From: Escherichia coli
Lineage (GTDB): Bacteria; Pseudomonadota; Gammaproteobacteria; Enterobacterales; Enterobacteriaceae
DNA length: 64,000 bases
Assembly: GCF_041886205.1 (NCBI RefSeq)
Contig: NZ_CP169029.1
Reading direction: 5' to 3' (one strand)
In this document: one piece after another, positions 32,044 to 45,171 of the stretch
Numbering within the stretch: the first letter of the stretch is position 1
Layout: the number at the start of each line of letters is the position of its first letter
Translations under genes and position numbers: made by a program
The notes under the pieces: model-generated
Seen by the model: the letters and a program-made list of their open reading frames with translations, nothing else
Database searches by the model: none
What the model was told of the DNA's origin: nothing

Positions 32044-33111
32044 TTAGCCTTTCAGACCTAAACGCTCGCCCTGATAGCTGCCGTCCTGCACCTGCTTCCA
32101 CCAGCTTTCATTAGCCAGATACCACTGCACCGTTTTACGCATTCCACTTTCAAAGGTTTCCTGTGGCAGCCAACCAAGTTCACGGGCAATTTTCGAAGCA
32201 TCAATGGCATAACGCAGATCATGCCCCGGACGGTCAGCGACAAAGGTGATCAAGTCACGATAGTGCGCCACGCCGTGCGGCTTGTTCGGAGCCAGTTCTT
32301 CCAGCAGCTCGCAAATGGTTTCCACAACATCGAGATTCTTACGCTCGTTGTGACCACCAATATTATAGGTTTCACCGACTTTCCCGGTGGTCGCCACGCA
32401 ATACAGCGCGCGGGCGTGATCTTCCACATACAGCCAGTCACGGATTTGCTGCCCGTTGCCATATACCGGCAGCGGTTTACCCGCCAGCGCGTTGAGGATC
32501 ATCAGCGGGATCAGTTTTTCCGGAAAGTGGTAAGGACCGTAGTTATTCGAGCAGTTGGTGATCAGCGTCGGCAGACCGTAGGTCCGCAGCCAGGCGCGCA
32601 CCAGATGGTCGCTGCTGGCTTTTGACGCGGAATAAGGGCTGCTCGGCGCATACGGCGTGGTTTCGGTGAAGAAATCATCCGTCGAGTGCAGGTCACCATA
32701 TACTTCGTCGGTGGAGATATGATGAAAACGGAACGCTGATCTTTTATCTTCCGTCAGCGTATTCCAGTAAGCCCGCGCCGCTTCAAGCAATGTATAAGTC
32801 CCGACAATGTTGGTTTCAATAAACGCTGCCGGGCCGTCAATAGAACGGTCAACATGGCTTTCGGCTGCCAGATGCATGACACAGTCTGGCTGATGCTCAG
32901 TGAATACGCGTGCCAGTTCTGCCCGATCGCAGATATCAACTTTCTCAAAGGCAAAGTGCTCGCTTTGCGCGACCGGTGCCAGCGACATCAGGTTTCCGGC
33001 GTAGGTCAGCTTATCGACCACTACCACCGCATCGCTCGTTTCGTTGATGATATAACGCACCAGCGCCGAGCCAATAAACCCGGCACCACCTGTTATCAGA
33101 ATTTTTCTCAT
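32044..33111 (-). CDS. rffG: dTDP-glucose 4,6-dehydratase RffG
   Basis: 355 aa; N-terminal Rossmann [19 protein letters not shown]; SDR-family YxxxK. Confidence 0.95.
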   Translation of the reverse strand: MRKILITGGAGFIGSALVRYIINETSDAVVVVDKLTYAGNLMSLAPVAQSEHFAFEKVDICDRAELARVFTEHQPDCVMHLAAESHVDRSIDGPAAFIETNIVGTYTLLEAARAYWNTLTEDKRSAFRFHHISTDEVYGDLHSTDDFFTETTPYAPSSPYSASKASSDHLVRAWLRTYGLPTLITNCSNNYGPYHFPEKLIPLMILNALAGKPLPVYGNGQQIRDWLYVEDHARALYCVATTGKVGETYNIGGHNERKNLDVVETICELLEELAPNKPHGVAHYRDLITFVADRPGHDLRYAIDASKIARELGWLPQETFESGMRKTVQWYLANESWWKQVQDGSYQGERLGLKG

Positions 33112-34373
33112 CAGCGCCAGACTCCTTTGGCATCGACGACATACTGCTGATGGACATTGTCGCCATTGATAACTTTGAACTGACTATGATCGACCAGCAT
33201 CACCAGCACGTCTGCCGTTGCCAGCGCCTCGTCAAGCTGCGCCAGAGTACAAAGCCCGGTCAGTTTTTTCGGCAACTGGTGGATGTTAGGCTCAACAACC
33301 AGCGTTTCGCCGCTGTGCCACTGGGCGATCAGTTCAGCGATTTCCATCGCCGGGCTTTCGCGCAGGTCATCAATATTCGGTTTAAACGCCAGACCAAAGC
33401 AGGCGATTTTCAGTTCACTGGCGCGTTTATCGGTAGCAGCAAGGCAGTCGGCAACCGCCGCTTTCACCTGATCGATAACCCAGAACGGTTTGTGATCGTT
33501 AACTTCGCGCGCGGTACGGATAAGCCGCGCCTGCTGGGGGTTCTGTGCCACGATAAACCACGGATCAACAGCAATGCAGTGACCGCCCACGCCAGGGCCA
33601 GGCTGAAGAATATTAACGCGAGGGTGACGATTCGCCAGGCGAATCAGTTCCCAGACGTTAATCCCCTGATCGGCACAAATCAGCGACAATTCATTAGCAA
33701 AAGCGATATTCACATCGCGGAAGCTGTTTTCGGTGAGCTTACACATTTCCGCCGTCCGCGAGTTAGTGACGACACACTCACCTTCGAGGAAAATTTTGTA
33801 CAGTTCGCTGGCGCGGGTCGAACAAACCGGCGTCATACCACCAATCACGCGATCGTTTTTAATCAGCTCGACCATAACCTGGCCCGGTAACACGCGTTCC
33901 GGGCAGTAAGCAATGTTGACGTCCGCCTGCTCGCCCACCTGCTGTGGGAAAGTGAGATCCGGACGCATCTCTGCTAACCATTCTGCCATCTTCTCGGTTG
34001 ACCCCACCGGCGAGGTGGATTCAAGGATCACCAGCGCGCCTTTTTTCAGCACTGGCGCAATGGAGCGAGCAGCCGATTCAACGTAGGTCATATCTGGCTC
34101 ATGATCGCCTTTAAACGGCGTGGGTACAGCAATCAGCCAGGCATCCGCTTCAACTGGCGTCGTGCTCGCTCGTAAAAAACCGCCTTCTACGGCAGTTTTT
34201 ACTACGCTCGCCAAATCAGGCTCGACGATATGGATTTCGCCACGATTGATGGTATCAACCGCGTGTTGGTTGATATCGACACCAATCACCTGTTTTTGCC
34301 GTGAGGCAAACGCAGCTGCTGTAGGCAGCCCGATGTAACCCAGTCCGATAACAGAAATGGTCGCAAAACTCAT
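33111..34373 (-). CDS. wecC: UDP-ManNAc dehydrogenase WecC (RffD)
   Basis: 420 aa; N-terminal [15 protein letters not shown]-binding motif of UDP-sugar dehydrogenases. Confidence 0.95.
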   Translation of the reverse strand: MSFATISVIGLGYIGLPTAAAFASRQKQVIGVDINQHAVDTINRGEIHIVEPDLASVVKTAVEGGFLRASTTPVEADAWLIAVPTPFKGDHEPDMTYVESAARSIAPVLKKGALVILESTSPVGSTEKMAEWLAEMRPDLTFPQQVGEQADVNIAYCPERVLPGQVMVELIKNDRVIGGMTPVCSTRASELYKIFLEGECVVTNSRTAEMCKLTENSFRDVNIAFANELSLICADQGINVWELIRLANRHPRVNILQPGPGVGGHCIAVDPWFIVAQNPQQARLIRTAREVNDHKPFWVIDQVKAAVADCLAATDKRASELKIACFGLAFKPNIDDLRESPAMEIAELIAQWHSGETLVVEPNIHQLPKKLTGLCTLAQLDEALATADVLVMLVDHSQFKVINGDNVHQQYVVDAKGVWR

Positions 34374-35500
34374 AGTGATATCCGATTATTTTTTAACGCT
34401 TCCAGAATGCGAGAGCATGCCTGACCATCACCATACGGGTTATGGGCGCGGCTCATAGCTTGATATTCGTTTTCGTCTTTTAAAAGACGCGTCACTTCCT
34501 CGACAATTCGCTGCTTATCCGTGCCTACCAGACGCACCGTACCCGCCGTCACCGCTTCCGGACGCTCAGTGGTATCGCGCATCACCAGCACCGGTTTCCC
34601 CAGCGAAGGCGCTTCTTCCTGAATGCCGCCTGAGTCGGTCAAAATCAGCCAGGCGTGGTTCATCAGCCAGACAAACGGTAAATACTCCTGGGGATCGATC
34701 AGAATGACATTTTTCACATGCCCCAGAATGCGATTGACCGGCTCTCTGACGTTCGGGTTGAGATGCATCGGATAGACAATCTGGATGTCCTGGTGCGTGG
34801 TGGCGATGTCTGCCAGCGCATGGCAGATTTCTTCAAAGCCACGACCGAAGCTCTCACGCCTGTGACCGGTCACCAGAATCATCTTTTTATCGGGGTCGAT
34901 AAACGGGTAATTTGCCGCCAGTTCTGAACGCAGCGTATCGCTGCTCATCACCTGGTCACGCACCCATAACAGTGCATCGATGACAGTATTACCAGTAATG
35001 AAGATTCGGCTATCCGCAACGTTTTCACGCAGCAAGTTTTGCCGGGAAGTTTCGGTTGGAGAGAAGTGATACATCGCCAGATGCCCGGTCAATGTACGGT
35101 TAGCCTCTTCCGGCCACGGCGAATAGAGATCGCCCGTGCGCAGACCAGCCTCAACGTGACCAACAGGAATACGCTGATAAAACGCCGCCAGGCTGGTTGC
35201 CAGCGTCGTCGTCGTATCGCCGTGAACCAGCACGACGTCTGGTTTGAACTCGGCAAGAATAGGTTTTAGCCCTTCCAGAATCCGACAGGTTATCTCTGTC
35301 AGGCCCTGTCCTGGCTGCATTATGTTGAGATCGTAGTCAGGTACAATGGAAAAGAGTTTCAGCACCTGATCGAGCATCTCCCGATGCTGCGCAGTGACGC
35401 AAACTTTAGCCTCAAAAAAAGGATCTTTTGCCAACGCATGCACCAACGGCGCCATCTTGATGGCTTCCGGGCGCGTACCAAATACAGTCAGTACTTTCAC
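34370..35500 (-). CDS. wecB: UDP-GlcNAc 2-epimerase WecB (RffE), GTG start
   Basis: Native N-terminus (M)[19 protein letters not shown] starts at a GTG codon; 376 aa. Confidence 0.9.
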   Translation of the reverse strand: MKVLTVFGTRPEAIKMAPLVHALAKDPFFEAKVCVTAQHREMLDQVLKLFSIVPDYDLNIMQPGQGLTEITCRILEGLKPILAEFKPDVVLVHGDTTTTLATSLAAFYQRIPVGHVEAGLRTGDLYSPWPEEANRTLTGHLAMYHFSPTETSRQNLLRENVADSRIFITGNTVIDALLWVRDQVMSSDTLRSELAANYPFIDPDKKMILVTGHRRESFGRGFEEICHALADIATTHQDIQIVYPMHLNPNVREPVNRILGHVKNVILIDPQEYLPFVWLMNHAWLILTDSGGIQEEAPSLGKPVLVMRDTTERPEAVTAGTVRLVGTDKQRIVEEVTRLLKDENEYQAMSRAHNPYGDGQACSRILEALKNNRISL

Positions 35501-35555
35501 ATCGATTCTCTTCGAATAAGCGGCGAGCGCCTTTGCGCTCACCGCAGCAGTGTTG

Positions 35556-36602
35556 CTATTTCGAGCAACGGCGGGTTAATGCGACACCAGCCCCGATCAG
35601 CCCCCCGACAATGCCCCACATAATCATCAGGAAGGCACGACGTGGGCTATCGCGTTTTACCGGTTCTTCCGGCGTACGCAAATAGCGATAGGTCTGAAAA
35701 CGCGGATCCAGGGTTGGACCAACATTCAGGGTGTTTAACATGGCCCGATTCTGATCATAGTCGAGATCAAAGGCCGGACCGACGGCCTGTAAATTTTCCA
35801 GTCGAGCCTGAAGCATTGGACGCCCAAGCAGGAACATTTCTGAATCAGGTAATTCCTCGGCAGGTACATCTGTCGCACTGCGCGAAATATTATGCTGCTC
35901 AGCAATTTTCAGCGCCTGCTCAATGCTGTTCATCCGGCGGTCGTAGATGGCTTTCGCCACCTCTTCCTGACGCTTCACCTGAGCTTTCATCTGGATGGTA
36001 CGCGCCGCCCATGCGCCTTTCAGCTCATCATTCAGATGGCTGGCTGCACGCTGGCTGGCAAAAGCAACATACTGACGTAACAGGTTATTAGCGTCAGGCG
36101 CGGTTTCGGCAATAAGCTTCACGCTGTCATTGACCGCGCGGGTAAAGTCTCCGGGGATAAACTGGATGTTGTTAATCATTTCATCCAGCAACGCCGCATC
36201 GGCTTTGCTGTTGCCCACCATCCGCTGTTTGTAATAGTCGGTTTGCAGCCAGAACTCTCTGCGGGTATCCCACGAGGCCAGTTGCATAACAAACTCTTTA
36301 TAGGCTTCGTCCATGACCGATGGTTGGTCGGCAGAAGCCATGTTTGAACGGACATCCAGGTTACGCAAAAATTGCTGCTGCGAGTAATATCCCCCCAGCA
36401 TATTCACCGTTGGACGATCGGTAATCGCCGTCGAGCTCCACTCCTGACGAGCAAAAAACGTATACGCCAGCGCGATTAACGCAAACGCCAGCCCCATGCC
36501 AATAATCCATAGCTTCCCAGCCCACAAGGTACGAAACAACCCACGAATATCCAGTTCATTTTCAGCGTCTTCGGCCGGTTTCCCAGGCATTGGTTGTGTC
36601 AT
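35556..36602 (-). CDS. wzzE: ECA chain-length regulator WzzE
   Basis: 348 aa; N- and C-terminal TM segments flanking periplasmic coiled-coil domain. Confidence 0.9.
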   Translation of the reverse strand: MTQPMPGKPAEDAENELDIRGLFRTLWAGKLWIIGMGLAFALIALAYTFFARQEWSSTAITDRPTVNMLGGYYSQQQFLRNLDVRSNMASADQPSVMDEAYKEFVMQLASWDTRREFWLQTDYYKQRMVGNSKADAALLDEMINNIQFIPGDFTRAVNDSVKLIAETAPDANNLLRQYVAFASQRAASHLNDELKGAWAARTIQMKAQVKRQEEVAKAIYDRRMNSIEQALKIAEQHNISRSATDVPAEELPDSEMFLLGRPMLQARLENLQAVGPAFDLDYDQNRAMLNTLNVGPTLDPRFQTYRYLRTPEEPVKRDSPRRAFLMIMWGIVGGLIGAGVALTRRCSK

Positions 36603-36613
36603 CACATCCTCAT

Positions 36614-37717
36614 TTATTTGGTTAAATTGGGGCTGCCACCACGATTTCTACGCAGTCTGCGTTTTATGCGCTTAATAAAGCGAGCAACTTTCCAGGCACG
36701 CTTAATGCAATATCCATAGAGGAAGAATGCTAGCAAAAAGAGCACCAGCATGACCCACTCCGGGACAAAATGAGAATATTCTGCCAGCACGCCAATGGAA
36801 GCGAGCAGTGCTGCGGCAAGGGTAATCAGCACAAACGCCTGACGGGAAGTAAACCCGGCACGCATGATCAAATGGTGAATATGCTGACGGTCAGGAGAGA
36901 ATGGGCTCATGCCTTTACGCAGGCGACGGTACATAATCGCCACCATATCCATTAGCGGAATGGCGATTATCCACAAAGCGGTAACCGGGCTGATGGGATG
37001 GGTTTTGCCCTGGGTCGTTTCGAGCAGGATCCAGATAACGGTAAAACCAATCAGCGTACTGCCTGCATCACCCATAAAGACTTTGTAGCGGCGACCCAGG
37101 ATACCAAGGTTAAGCATGATGTATGGCAGGATGGCGGCGATCATCGCAAAGCACCAGATTGCGAGGCTGGTTTGCCCGTCGAACCACAAAATCATACCGA
37201 TTGCTGCAAACGAGACGCAGGACAACCCGCCCAGCAAGCCATCAATGCCATCAACCATGTTGAACGCATTAATGGCCGCCCAGACGGCAAATAGCGTCAG
37301 GAAGTAACCAAACGGTCCGAGCACCATCTCCCAGGAGCCAAAGATATAACCCAGGCTACTGAGATAAAGCTTGCCGAACACCATCATAACAATGCCAACA
37401 GCGGCCTGTATGGTGGCACGGATTTTTACGCTGATATCAAAACGGTCATCCAGCGCGCCAATGAAAACAAGCACACCGGCACAAGCGAGATAGAGAGATG
37501 CATGCGGAATATAGTAATCGACAATTCCGAACGTGAAGCAAATCCCTGCGTAAACCGAAATACCCCCAACGAGTGGTATCAACCCCTGGTGACGTTTGCG
37601 GAAGTTTGGTTTATCCACTAAACCGACTTTTTTTGCCACCTTACGGGCAAAAAACAGAAACAGTGTCGTGAATAAAAAAATACTGATGAGATCAGTACTC
37701 ACTGTCAGTAAATTCAC
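36614..37717 (-). CDS. wecA: UDP-GlcNAc:undecaprenyl-phosphate GlcNAc-1-P transferase WecA (Rfe)
   Basis: 367 aa polytopic membrane protein, MraY/WecA family; immediately downstream of rho. Confidence 0.95.
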   Translation of the reverse strand: MNLLTVSTDLISIFLFTTLFLFFARKVAKKVGLVDKPNFRKRHQGLIPLVGGISVYAGICFTFGIVDYYIPHASLYLACAGVLVFIGALDDRFDISVKIRATIQAAVGIVMMVFGKLYLSSLGYIFGSWEMVLGPFGYFLTLFAVWAAINAFNMVDGIDGLLGGLSCVSFAAIGMILWFDGQTSLAIWCFAMIAAILPYIMLNLGILGRRYKVFMGDAGSTLIGFTVIWILLETTQGKTHPISPVTALWIIAIPLMDMVAIMYRRLRKGMSPFSPDRQHIHHLIMRAGFTSRQAFVLITLAAALLASIGVLAEYSHFVPEWVMLVLFLLAFFLYGYCIKRAWKVARFIKRIKRRLRRNRGGSPNLTK

Positions 37718-37956
37718 AATGCATGCTCTCAGAGAAAATTATTAGCAGAAGTATAACCACGAAGACCTTTATTCAGAAGGGAAAGTCCGTTCCAAACCCA
37801 CCAGTCCTGTGCAAAAATTAACCATTTGATATGCAAATTGCATAACATGCCAGCAAATTCCAGGAATTTTCCTAACATCGCCAGCGCGGCATTAAGATTA
37901 CAGATATAAAAGCAAAACGCCACGTAAACACGTGGCGTTTTTGGCATAAGACAAAT

Positions 37957-39216
37957 TTATGAGCGTTTCATCATTTCGAAGAAATCGTCATTGGTCTTGG
38001 TCATTGCCAGTTTATTAATGAGGAATTCCATTGCATCGATTTCGCCCATCGGGTGAATGATTTTGCGCAGGATCCACATTTTCTGCAGTTCTTCCTGAGT
38101 CGTGAGCAGCTCTTCTTTACGGGTACCAGAACGGTTGTAGTCGATAGCCGGGAAGACGCGTTTTTCAGCGATCTTACGAGAGAGGTGCAGTTCCATGTTG
38201 CCTGTACCTTTAAACTCTTCGTAGATAACTTCGTCCATTTTAGAACCGGTATCGATAAGCGCCGTCGCGATAATGGTCAGGCTGCCGCCCTCTTCCACGT
38301 TACGCGCCGCACCAAAGAAGCGTTTCGGACGATGCAGGGCGTTGGCATCCACACCACCGGTCAACACTTTACCTGACGCCGGAACAACGGTGTTGTAAGC
38401 GCGCGCCAGACGAGTGATGGAGTCGAGCAGAATGATAACGTCTTTCTTGTGCTCAACCAGGCGTTTGGCCTTCTCGATCACCATTTCCGCAACCTGAACG
38501 TGGCGAGATGCGGGTTCGTCAAAGGTAGAAGCAACAACTTCACCTTTTACCAGACGCTGCATCTCGGTTACTTCTTCCGGACGTTCGTCGATCAGCAGAA
38601 CCATCAGCACACAATCCGGGTGGTTGTAAGCAATGCTCTGAGCAATGTTCTGCAGCAGCATGGTTTTACCGGCTTTCGGCGGTGCCACAATCAGACCACG
38701 CTGACCACGACCGATAGGTGATGCCAGATCCAGTACGCGAGCAGTTAAATCTTCAGTAGAACCGTTACCACGTTCCATACGCAGACGAGAGTTTGCGTGC
38801 AGCGGGGTTAAGTTCTCAAAGAGGATTTTGTTGCGGGCGTTTTCAGGTTTGTCGAAGTTAACTTCGTTAACTTTCAGCAGCGCAAAATAGCGTTCACCTT
38901 CTTTCGGCGGGCGAATCTTACCAGAGATGGTATCACCAGTGCGGAGGTTGAAACGGCGGATTTGGCTAGGGGAAACGTAGATGTCATCAGGACCGGCGAG
39001 GTAGGAGCTGTCTGCGGAACGGAGGAAACCAAATCCATCCTGCAATATCTCCAGTACGCCATCACCAAAGATATCTTCGCCACTCTTTGCGTGCTGCTTC
39101 AGGATGGCAAAAATAATGTCCTGCTTACGCATACGAGCCAGGTTTTCCAGCCCCATATTTTCGCCGAGAGTGATCAGCTCAGAAACCGGCGTATTCTTTA
39201 ATTCGGTAAGATTCAT
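37957..39216 (-). CDS. rho: Transcription termination factor Rho
   Basis: Translation [40 protein letters not shown]...; Walker A GKT; 419 aa. Confidence 0.97.
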
Positions 39217-39300
39217 AGTGGTGTGAGTTCTTAAACTTGGGGTAAATCTCGAACTTAATGTTGTGAATGGTATGGCAGGATCATCCATGCCTGTTTACGG

Positions 39301-39402
39301 TCATCGACTCATGTCTTTTCGCTGCCTGGTCACAGGAGAGTACGCAGAACTGAAACGACAAGACGGATTGAGTGACGAGCCAGAAATCTGTTCACTTCGC
39401 AT
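39301..39402 (-). CDS. rhoL: rho operon leader peptide RhoL (33 aa)
   Basis: Minus-strand ORF MRSEQISGSSLNPSCRFSSAYSPVTRQRKDMSR upstream of rho. Confidence 0.75.
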   Translation of the reverse strand: MRSEQISGSSLNPSCRFSSAYSPVTRQRKDMSR

Positions 39403-39542
39403 TTAAGATAAAACGGGAAGCGTTGGAAATTACAAGATTCAAACTTAATAAGGTATGTTTAATACGAAGTCAACACTAAGTTAGCATGACTCACGCCGGG
39501 CGTCCAGTTTTTAGCGACGGGGCACCCGAACATGAAATTCCC

Positions 39543-39872
39543 TTACGCCAGGTTAGCGTCGAGGAACTCTTTCAACTGACCTTTAGACAGTGCACCCACT
39601 TTGGTTGCCGCCACTTCACCGTTTTTGAACAGCAGCAGAGTCGGGATACCACGGATGCCATATTTCGGCGCAGTGCCAGGGTTTTGATCGATGTTCAGTT
39701 TTGCAACGGTCAGTTTGCCCTGATATTCGTCAGCGATTTCATCCAGAATCGGGGCGATCATTTTGCACGGACCGCACCACTCTGCCCAGAAATCGACGAG
39801 GATCGCCCCGTCCGCTTTGAGTACATCCGTGTCAAAACTGTCGTCAGTCAGGTGAATAATTTTATCGCTCAT
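39543..39872 (-). CDS. trxA: Thioredoxin 1
   Basis: [37 protein letters not shown] (WCGPC active site); 109 aa. Confidence 0.97.
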
Positions 39873-40002
39873 ATATAACTCCACAGGAATAAGCCTGGCG
39901 TGTTGGTTTCGTTGTTGGTGTAACATTAACCAACTAAAGGTTGACTTTATTTCACCGGATACGCTTTCGTAAAGCAATAGTAAGCTGATATTCTACCACA
40001 CT

Positions 40003-41268
40003 ATGAGCAAAACACATTTAACAGAACAGAAGTTTTCCGACTTCGCCCTGCATCCGAAGGTTGTAGAAGCCCTTGAAAAAAAAGGGTTTCATAACTGTAC
40101 GCCCATTCAGGCACTGGCCCTTCCGCTGACGCTGGCGGGTCGTGACGTAGCCGGGCAGGCGCAAACCGGTACCGGGAAAACGATGGCGTTTCTTACGTCA
40201 ACGTTTCATTATCTTCTCTCTCATCCTGCGATTGCCGATCGCAAGGTGAATCAGCCGCGTGCCTTAATTATGGCACCGACGCGTGAACTTGCCGTGCAGA
40301 TCCATGCCGACGCAGAACCGCTGGCGGAAGCTACTGGCCTGAAGCTGGGTCTGGCTTACGGTGGTGATGGCTACGACAAACAGCTGAAAGTGCTGGAAAG
40401 CGGCGTTGACATTCTGATTGGCACCACGGGGCGTTTAATTGACTACGCCAAGCAGAACCACATTAACCTCGGTGCCATTCAGGTGGTGGTACTGGACGAA
40501 GCCGATCGCATGTACGATCTGGGCTTTATTAAAGATATCCGCTGGCTGTTCCGCCGTATGCCGCCTGCAAACCAGCGCCTCAACATGCTGTTCTCTGCCA
40601 CGCTTTCGTACCGGGTACGTGAACTGGCGTTTGAGCAGATGAACAATGCCGAATATATTGAAGTGGAACCGGAACAGAAAACGGGCCACCGTATTAAAGA
40701 AGAGCTTTTCTACCCTTCTAACGAAGAAAAAATGCGTTTGCTGCAAACGCTGATCGAAGAAGAGTGGCCAGACAGAGCGATTATTTTCGCCAACACCAAA
40801 CACCGTTGTGAAGAGATCTGGGGCCACCTGGCGGCAGATGGTCATCGTGTCGGTTTGTTGACAGGCGATGTCGCGCAGAAAAAACGTCTGCGTATTCTTG
40901 ATGAATTTACCCGTGGCGATCTGGATATTCTGGTTGCCACCGACGTTGCCGCGCGTGGTTTGCATATTCCGGCAGTGACGCACGTCTTTAACTACGATTT
41001 ACCCGATGACTGTGAAGATTACGTTCACCGTATTGGTCGTACAGGTCGCGCAGGCGCAAGCGGTCACTCTATCAGCCTGGCGTGTGAAGAGTATGCATTG
41101 AATTTGCCTGCTATTGAGACCTATATTGGTCACTCAATTCCGGTAAGCAAATACAATCCGGACGCATTGATGACCGATCTGCCAAAACCGCTGCGCCTCA
41201 CGCGCCCACGTACAGGCAATGGTCCGCGTCGTACTGGCGCTCCGCGTAATCGTCGTCGTTCAGGTTAA
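40003..41268 (+). CDS. rhlB: ATP-dependent RNA helicase RhlB (DEAD box)
   Basis: 421 aa; motifs [25 protein letters not shown]; Arg-rich C-tail. Confidence 0.95.
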
Positions 41269-41401
41269 ATAAAATGTCATACTCAAAATCATTCAAACTG
41301 TATCAAGATGGCAAGAGAATGAATCCTGAATCACTTACTGTAGTAAGTGATTCAGGTGAAAGAATGCAGCCAACACAGAGACAGATTGAAGGATGAAGAG
41401 T

Positions 41402-42886
41402 ATGGGTTCCACCTCGTCGCTGTATGCAGCCATTGATCTCGGTTCGAATAGTTTTCATATGCTGGTTGTGCGCGAGGTGGCTGGAAGCATCCAGACGCTG
41501 ACGCGAATAAAACGCAAAGTGCGTCTGGCTGCTGGCCTGAATAGCGAAAATGCCCTGTCTAATGAAGCAATGGAGCGCGGTTGGCAATGTCTGCGCCTGT
41601 TTGCTGAACGTCTGCAAGATATCCCTCCCTCGCAAATTCGCGTTGTCGCTACGGCGACATTACGTCTTGCCGTCAATGCGGGTGATTTTATTGCCAAAGC
41701 GCAGGAAATCCTCGGTTGTCCGGTACAGGTGATCAGCGGTGAAGAGGAAGCACGTCTGATTTATCAGGGCGTTGCTCACACAACTGGCGGTGCCGATCAG
41801 CGCCTGGTGGTGGATATAGGCGGTGCCAGTACTGAACTGGTAACCGGCACGGGTGCACAAACCACCTCGTTGTTCAGCCTGTCGATGGGCTGCGTCACCT
41901 GGCTGGAACGCTATTTTGCCGATCGTAATCTGGGGCAGGAAAATTTTGATGCTGCAGAAAAAGCGGCACGCGAAGTGTTACGTCCGGTTGCCGATGAATT
42001 ACGGTATCACGGCTGGAAAGTGTGCGTTGGTGCTTCCGGCACCGTGCAGGCGTTACAGGAAATCATGATGGCACAGGGGATGGATGAACGCATTACCCTG
42101 GAAAAGTTGCAGCAATTGAAACAGCGAGCCATTCATTGCGGTCGGCTGGAGGAACTGGAGATTGACGGGCTGACGCTGGAACGTGCGTTAGTGTTCCCGA
42201 GTGGTCTGGCGATCCTGATCGCCATTTTTACCGAACTGAATATTCAGTGTATGACCCTGGCGGGCGGTGCGCTGCGTGAAGGCCTGGTCTACGGCATGTT
42301 GCATCTGGCCGTCGAGCAGGATATTCGCAGCCGTACGCTGCGTAATATTCAGCGCCGCTTTATGATCGATATTGATCAGGCGCAGCGCGTAGCCAAAGTT
42401 GCGGCTAACTTCTTCGATCAGGTGGAAAAGGAATGGCATCTTGAAGCAATAAGCCGCGATTTGCTCATCAGCGCCTGTCAGCTTCATGAAATCGGCCTGA
42501 GCGTTGACTTTAAACAAGCGCCGCAACACGCTGCTTATCTGGTGCGTAATCTGGATCTTCCCGGTTTTACCCCCGCACAGAAAAAATTGCTGGCGACGCT
42601 ACTGCTCAACCAGACTAATCCGGTCGATCTCTCATCGCTGCATCAGCAAAATGCCGTACCGCCGCGCGTCGCAGAACAACTCTGCCGTTTACTCCGCCTG
42701 GCCATCATTTTTGCCAGCCGTCGCCGTGACGATCTCGTGCCAGAGATGACATTACAGGCTAACCATGAACTGTTGACCTTGACGCTTCCGCAAGGTTGGC
42801 TAACCCAACATCCGCTGGGTAAAGAGATTATTGCTCAGGAAAGCCAGTGGCAGAGCTATATCCACTGGCCGCTGGAAGTGCATTAA
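41402..42886 (+). CDS. gppA: Guanosine pentaphosphate phosphohydrolase GppA (Ppx/GppA family)
   Basis: [22 protein letters not shown]... ; 494 aa. Confidence 0.95.
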   Translation: MGSTSSLYAAIDLGSNSFHMLVVREVAGSIQTLTRIKRKVRLAAGLNSENALSNEAMERGWQCLRLFAERLQDIPPSQIRVVATATLRLAVNAGDFIAKAQEILGCPVQVISGEEEARLIYQGVAHTTGGADQRLVVDIGGASTELVTGTGAQTTSLFSLSMGCVTWLERYFADRNLGQENFDAAEKAAREVLRPVADELRYHGWKVCVGASGTVQALQEIMMAQGMDERITLEKLQQLKQRAIHCGRLEELEIDGLTLERALVFPSGLAILIAIFTELNIQCMTLAGGALREGLVYGMLHLAVEQDIRSRTLRNIQRRFMIDIDQAQRVAKVAANFFDQVEKEWHLEAISRDLLISACQLHEIGLSVDFKQAPQHAAYLVRNLDLPGFTPAQKKLLATLLLNQTNPVDLSSLHQQNAVPPRVAEQLCRLLRLAIIFASRRRDDLVPEMTLQANHELLTLTLPQGWLTQHPLGKEIIAQESQWQSYIHWPLEVH

Positions 42887-42894
42887 TGAGTAAG

Positions 42895-42930
42895 TGCCGG
42901 ATGCGATGCTGACGCATCTTTTCCGGCCTT
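42895..42930. repeat. REP-like palindromic unit between convergent gppA and rep
   Basis: gccggatgcgatgctgacgcatc...ccggcc palindrome. Confidence 0.6.
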
Positions 42931-42932
42931 GA

Positions 42933-44954
42933 TTATTTCCCTCGTTTTGCCGCCATCATCGCTTTCAGATTCGCCAGATGGCTTTGCCCTTTCTGCATCC
43001 GTTCTTCGGCGCTGACCACTTTGCGCTCCTGTTCCCAAATCAGATCATCCTGCGGCAGCTCCAGCAAAAAGCGGCTCGGCTCCGGGCGCACCAGCTCGCC
43101 GTACTGACGGCGTTCTTTACACAGCGTAAAGGTCAATTCCTTCTGGGCGCGGGTAATGCCGACATAGGCCAGCCGCCGCTCCTCATCGATATTATCTTCA
43201 TCGATGCTGCTCTGGTGCGGCAAAAACCCTTCTTCCATACCGACCATGTAGACATAAGGAAACTCCAGCCCTTTTGACGCGTGCAGAGTCATCAGTTGCA
43301 CCTGATCCAGCTCTTCTTCACTCTCACCACGCTCCATCATGTCGCGCAAAGTAAAGCGCGTCACCACCTGGGTGAGCGTCATCGGCTCATCCAGTTCGCT
43401 GCCTTCCAGCATCTCCGTCATCCAGCTAAACAGTTGGTTGACGTTCTTCATGCGCATTTCGGCAGCTTTCGGGCTGGGCGATGTTTCGTACAGCCAGGAT
43501 TCATAATCCATGCCGTGGATCAGATCGCGCACCGCGGCAATCGGCTCCCGCTCCGCCAGACGCTGAATTTCTGCCAACCAGTGAGTGAAGCGGGTCAATG
43601 CTTCATAACCACGTCCGCTAAGCGTCTGACTCAGGCCCATATCAAAGCTGGCGGTAAACATGCTTTTATTGCGCGTCATCGCCCACTCACCCAGCTTTTT
43701 CAGCGTAGCCGGGCCAATCTCTCGCTTCGGCGTGTTAACGATACGCAGAAATGCGCTGTCATCGTCCGGGTTAGTCAGCACGCGCAGATAAGCCAGCAAG
43801 TCCTTGATTTCAGGACGAGAGAAAAACGACGTACCACCAGAAATTTTGTACGGGATGCGGTTTTGCATCAGGAATTTTTCAAACACCCGCGACTGATGGT
43901 TACCGCGATAAAGAATGGCGTAATCTTTGTACTGCGTTTTATTGACGAAGTGATGGGCGATCAGCTCGCCAGTAACGCGCTCGGCTTCATGTTCCTCGTT
44001 ATTCGCGCTTAAAACTTTTAGCTCTGTGCCGTAACCCAGTTCGGAGAACAGACGCTTTTCAAAGACGTGCGGATTATTGGCGATCAGGATGTTCGCCGCT
44101 TTCAAAATACGTCCGGAAGAGCGGTAGTTCTGCTCAAGCTTAATCACCTTCAGCGCCGGAAAATCCTGACTCAGCAGCACCAGGTTTTGTGGACGTGCAC
44201 CGCGCCAGGAGTAGATCGACTGGTCGTCATCGCCCACCACGGTAAAGCGCGCGCGGCTGCCCACCAGCAGTTTCACCAGTTCATACTGGCTGGTGTTGGT
44301 GTCCTGATACTCATCCACCAGCAGGTAGCGAATTTTGTTCTGCCAGCGCTCGCGGACTTCTTCATTGCGTTGCAGCAGCAACGTCGGCAATAAAATCAGA
44401 TCATCGAAGTCGAGAACGTTACAGGCTTTCAGGTGTGCATCATACAGCCCATAACAATGGGCAAAAATACGGTCCCGCTCGCCAATCGCACTGGCTGCCG
44501 CCTGGGACGGTGTTTTGAGATCGTTCTTCCAGTTAGAGATGGTCGAAATCAACTGTTGCAGGAGAACTTTGTCATCTTCAATCAGCCCTTCGGTCAACTC
44601 TTTGAGCAACGCCAGCTGATCGGTATCGTCAAACAGCGAAAAGTTCGCCTTCATCCCAAGCGCCGCATACTCGCGTTTGATGATATCCAACCCCAGCGTG
44701 TGAAAAGTGGAGATCATCAGCCCGCGCGCCTCTTTGCGACCCAGCGTCTGCCCGACACGCTCTTTCATCTCGCGCGCCGCCTTATTGGTAAAGGTCACCG
44801 CCGCGATATGTCGCGCCTGATAACCGCAACCGCGGATCAGATGGGCGATTTTATTGGTGATCACACGAGTTTTACCGGAACCCGCGCCCGCCAGCACCAG
44901 GCAGGGGCCGGTAACGAATTCGACAGCTTGTTGTTGGCCGGGGTTTAGACGCAT
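42933..44954 (-). CDS. rep: ATP-dependent DNA helicase Rep
   Basis: [31 protein letters not shown]...; UvrD/Rep superfamily 1 helicase; 673 aa. Confidence 0.95.
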   Translation of the reverse strand: MRLNPGQQQAVEFVTGPCLVLAGAGSGKTRVITNKIAHLIRGCGYQARHIAAVTFTNKAAREMKERVGQTLGRKEARGLMISTFHTLGLDIIKREYAALGMKANFSLFDDTDQLALLKELTEGLIEDDKVLLQQLISTISNWKNDLKTPSQAAASAIGERDRIFAHCYGLYDAHLKACNVLDFDDLILLPTLLLQRNEEVRERWQNKIRYLLVDEYQDTNTSQYELVKLLVGSRARFTVVGDDDQSIYSWRGARPQNLVLLSQDFPALKVIKLEQNYRSSGRILKAANILIANNPHVFEKRLFSELGYGTELKVLSANNEEHEAERVTGELIAHHFVNKTQYKDYAILYRGNHQSRVFEKFLMQNRIPYKISGGTSFFSRPEIKDLLAYLRVLTNPDDDSAFLRIVNTPKREIGPATLKKLGEWAMTRNKSMFTASFDMGLSQTLSGRGYEALTRFTHWLAEIQRLAEREPIAAVRDLIHGMDYESWLYETSPSPKAAEMRMKNVNQLFSWMTEMLEGSELDEPMTLTQVVTRFTLRDMMERGESEEELDQVQLMTLHASKGLEFPYVYMVGMEEGFLPHQSSIDEDNIDEERRLAYVGITRAQKELTFTLCKERRQYGELVRPEPSRFLLELPQDDLIWEQERKVVSAEERMQKGQSHLANLKAMMAAKRGK

Positions 44955-45171
44955 AGGTGTATTGCTCAATCTTCGAACGGGGGGAGGATTGTAGCAGAAT
45001 CGCATTTGAATGTGACCGCGTGTAAGCCGCTAACCGGTTGGCTGCGGATGTTTAAATCAGAGAGAGAAGACCGAAATCGGAGTTCATCGTGAATCCATTA
45101 GACTTAGAAAATATCGGGTCGTAACGTTGTGTTATTACTTTTTCAGAGTTTACTAAGGAGAGGTTTACTCG

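Noticed and set aside
39543-39977. 144-aa extended trxA ORF
   Set aside because: Thioredoxin begins at MSDKIIHL (39872); the upstream 35 codons lack coding character and overlap the trxA promoter region.
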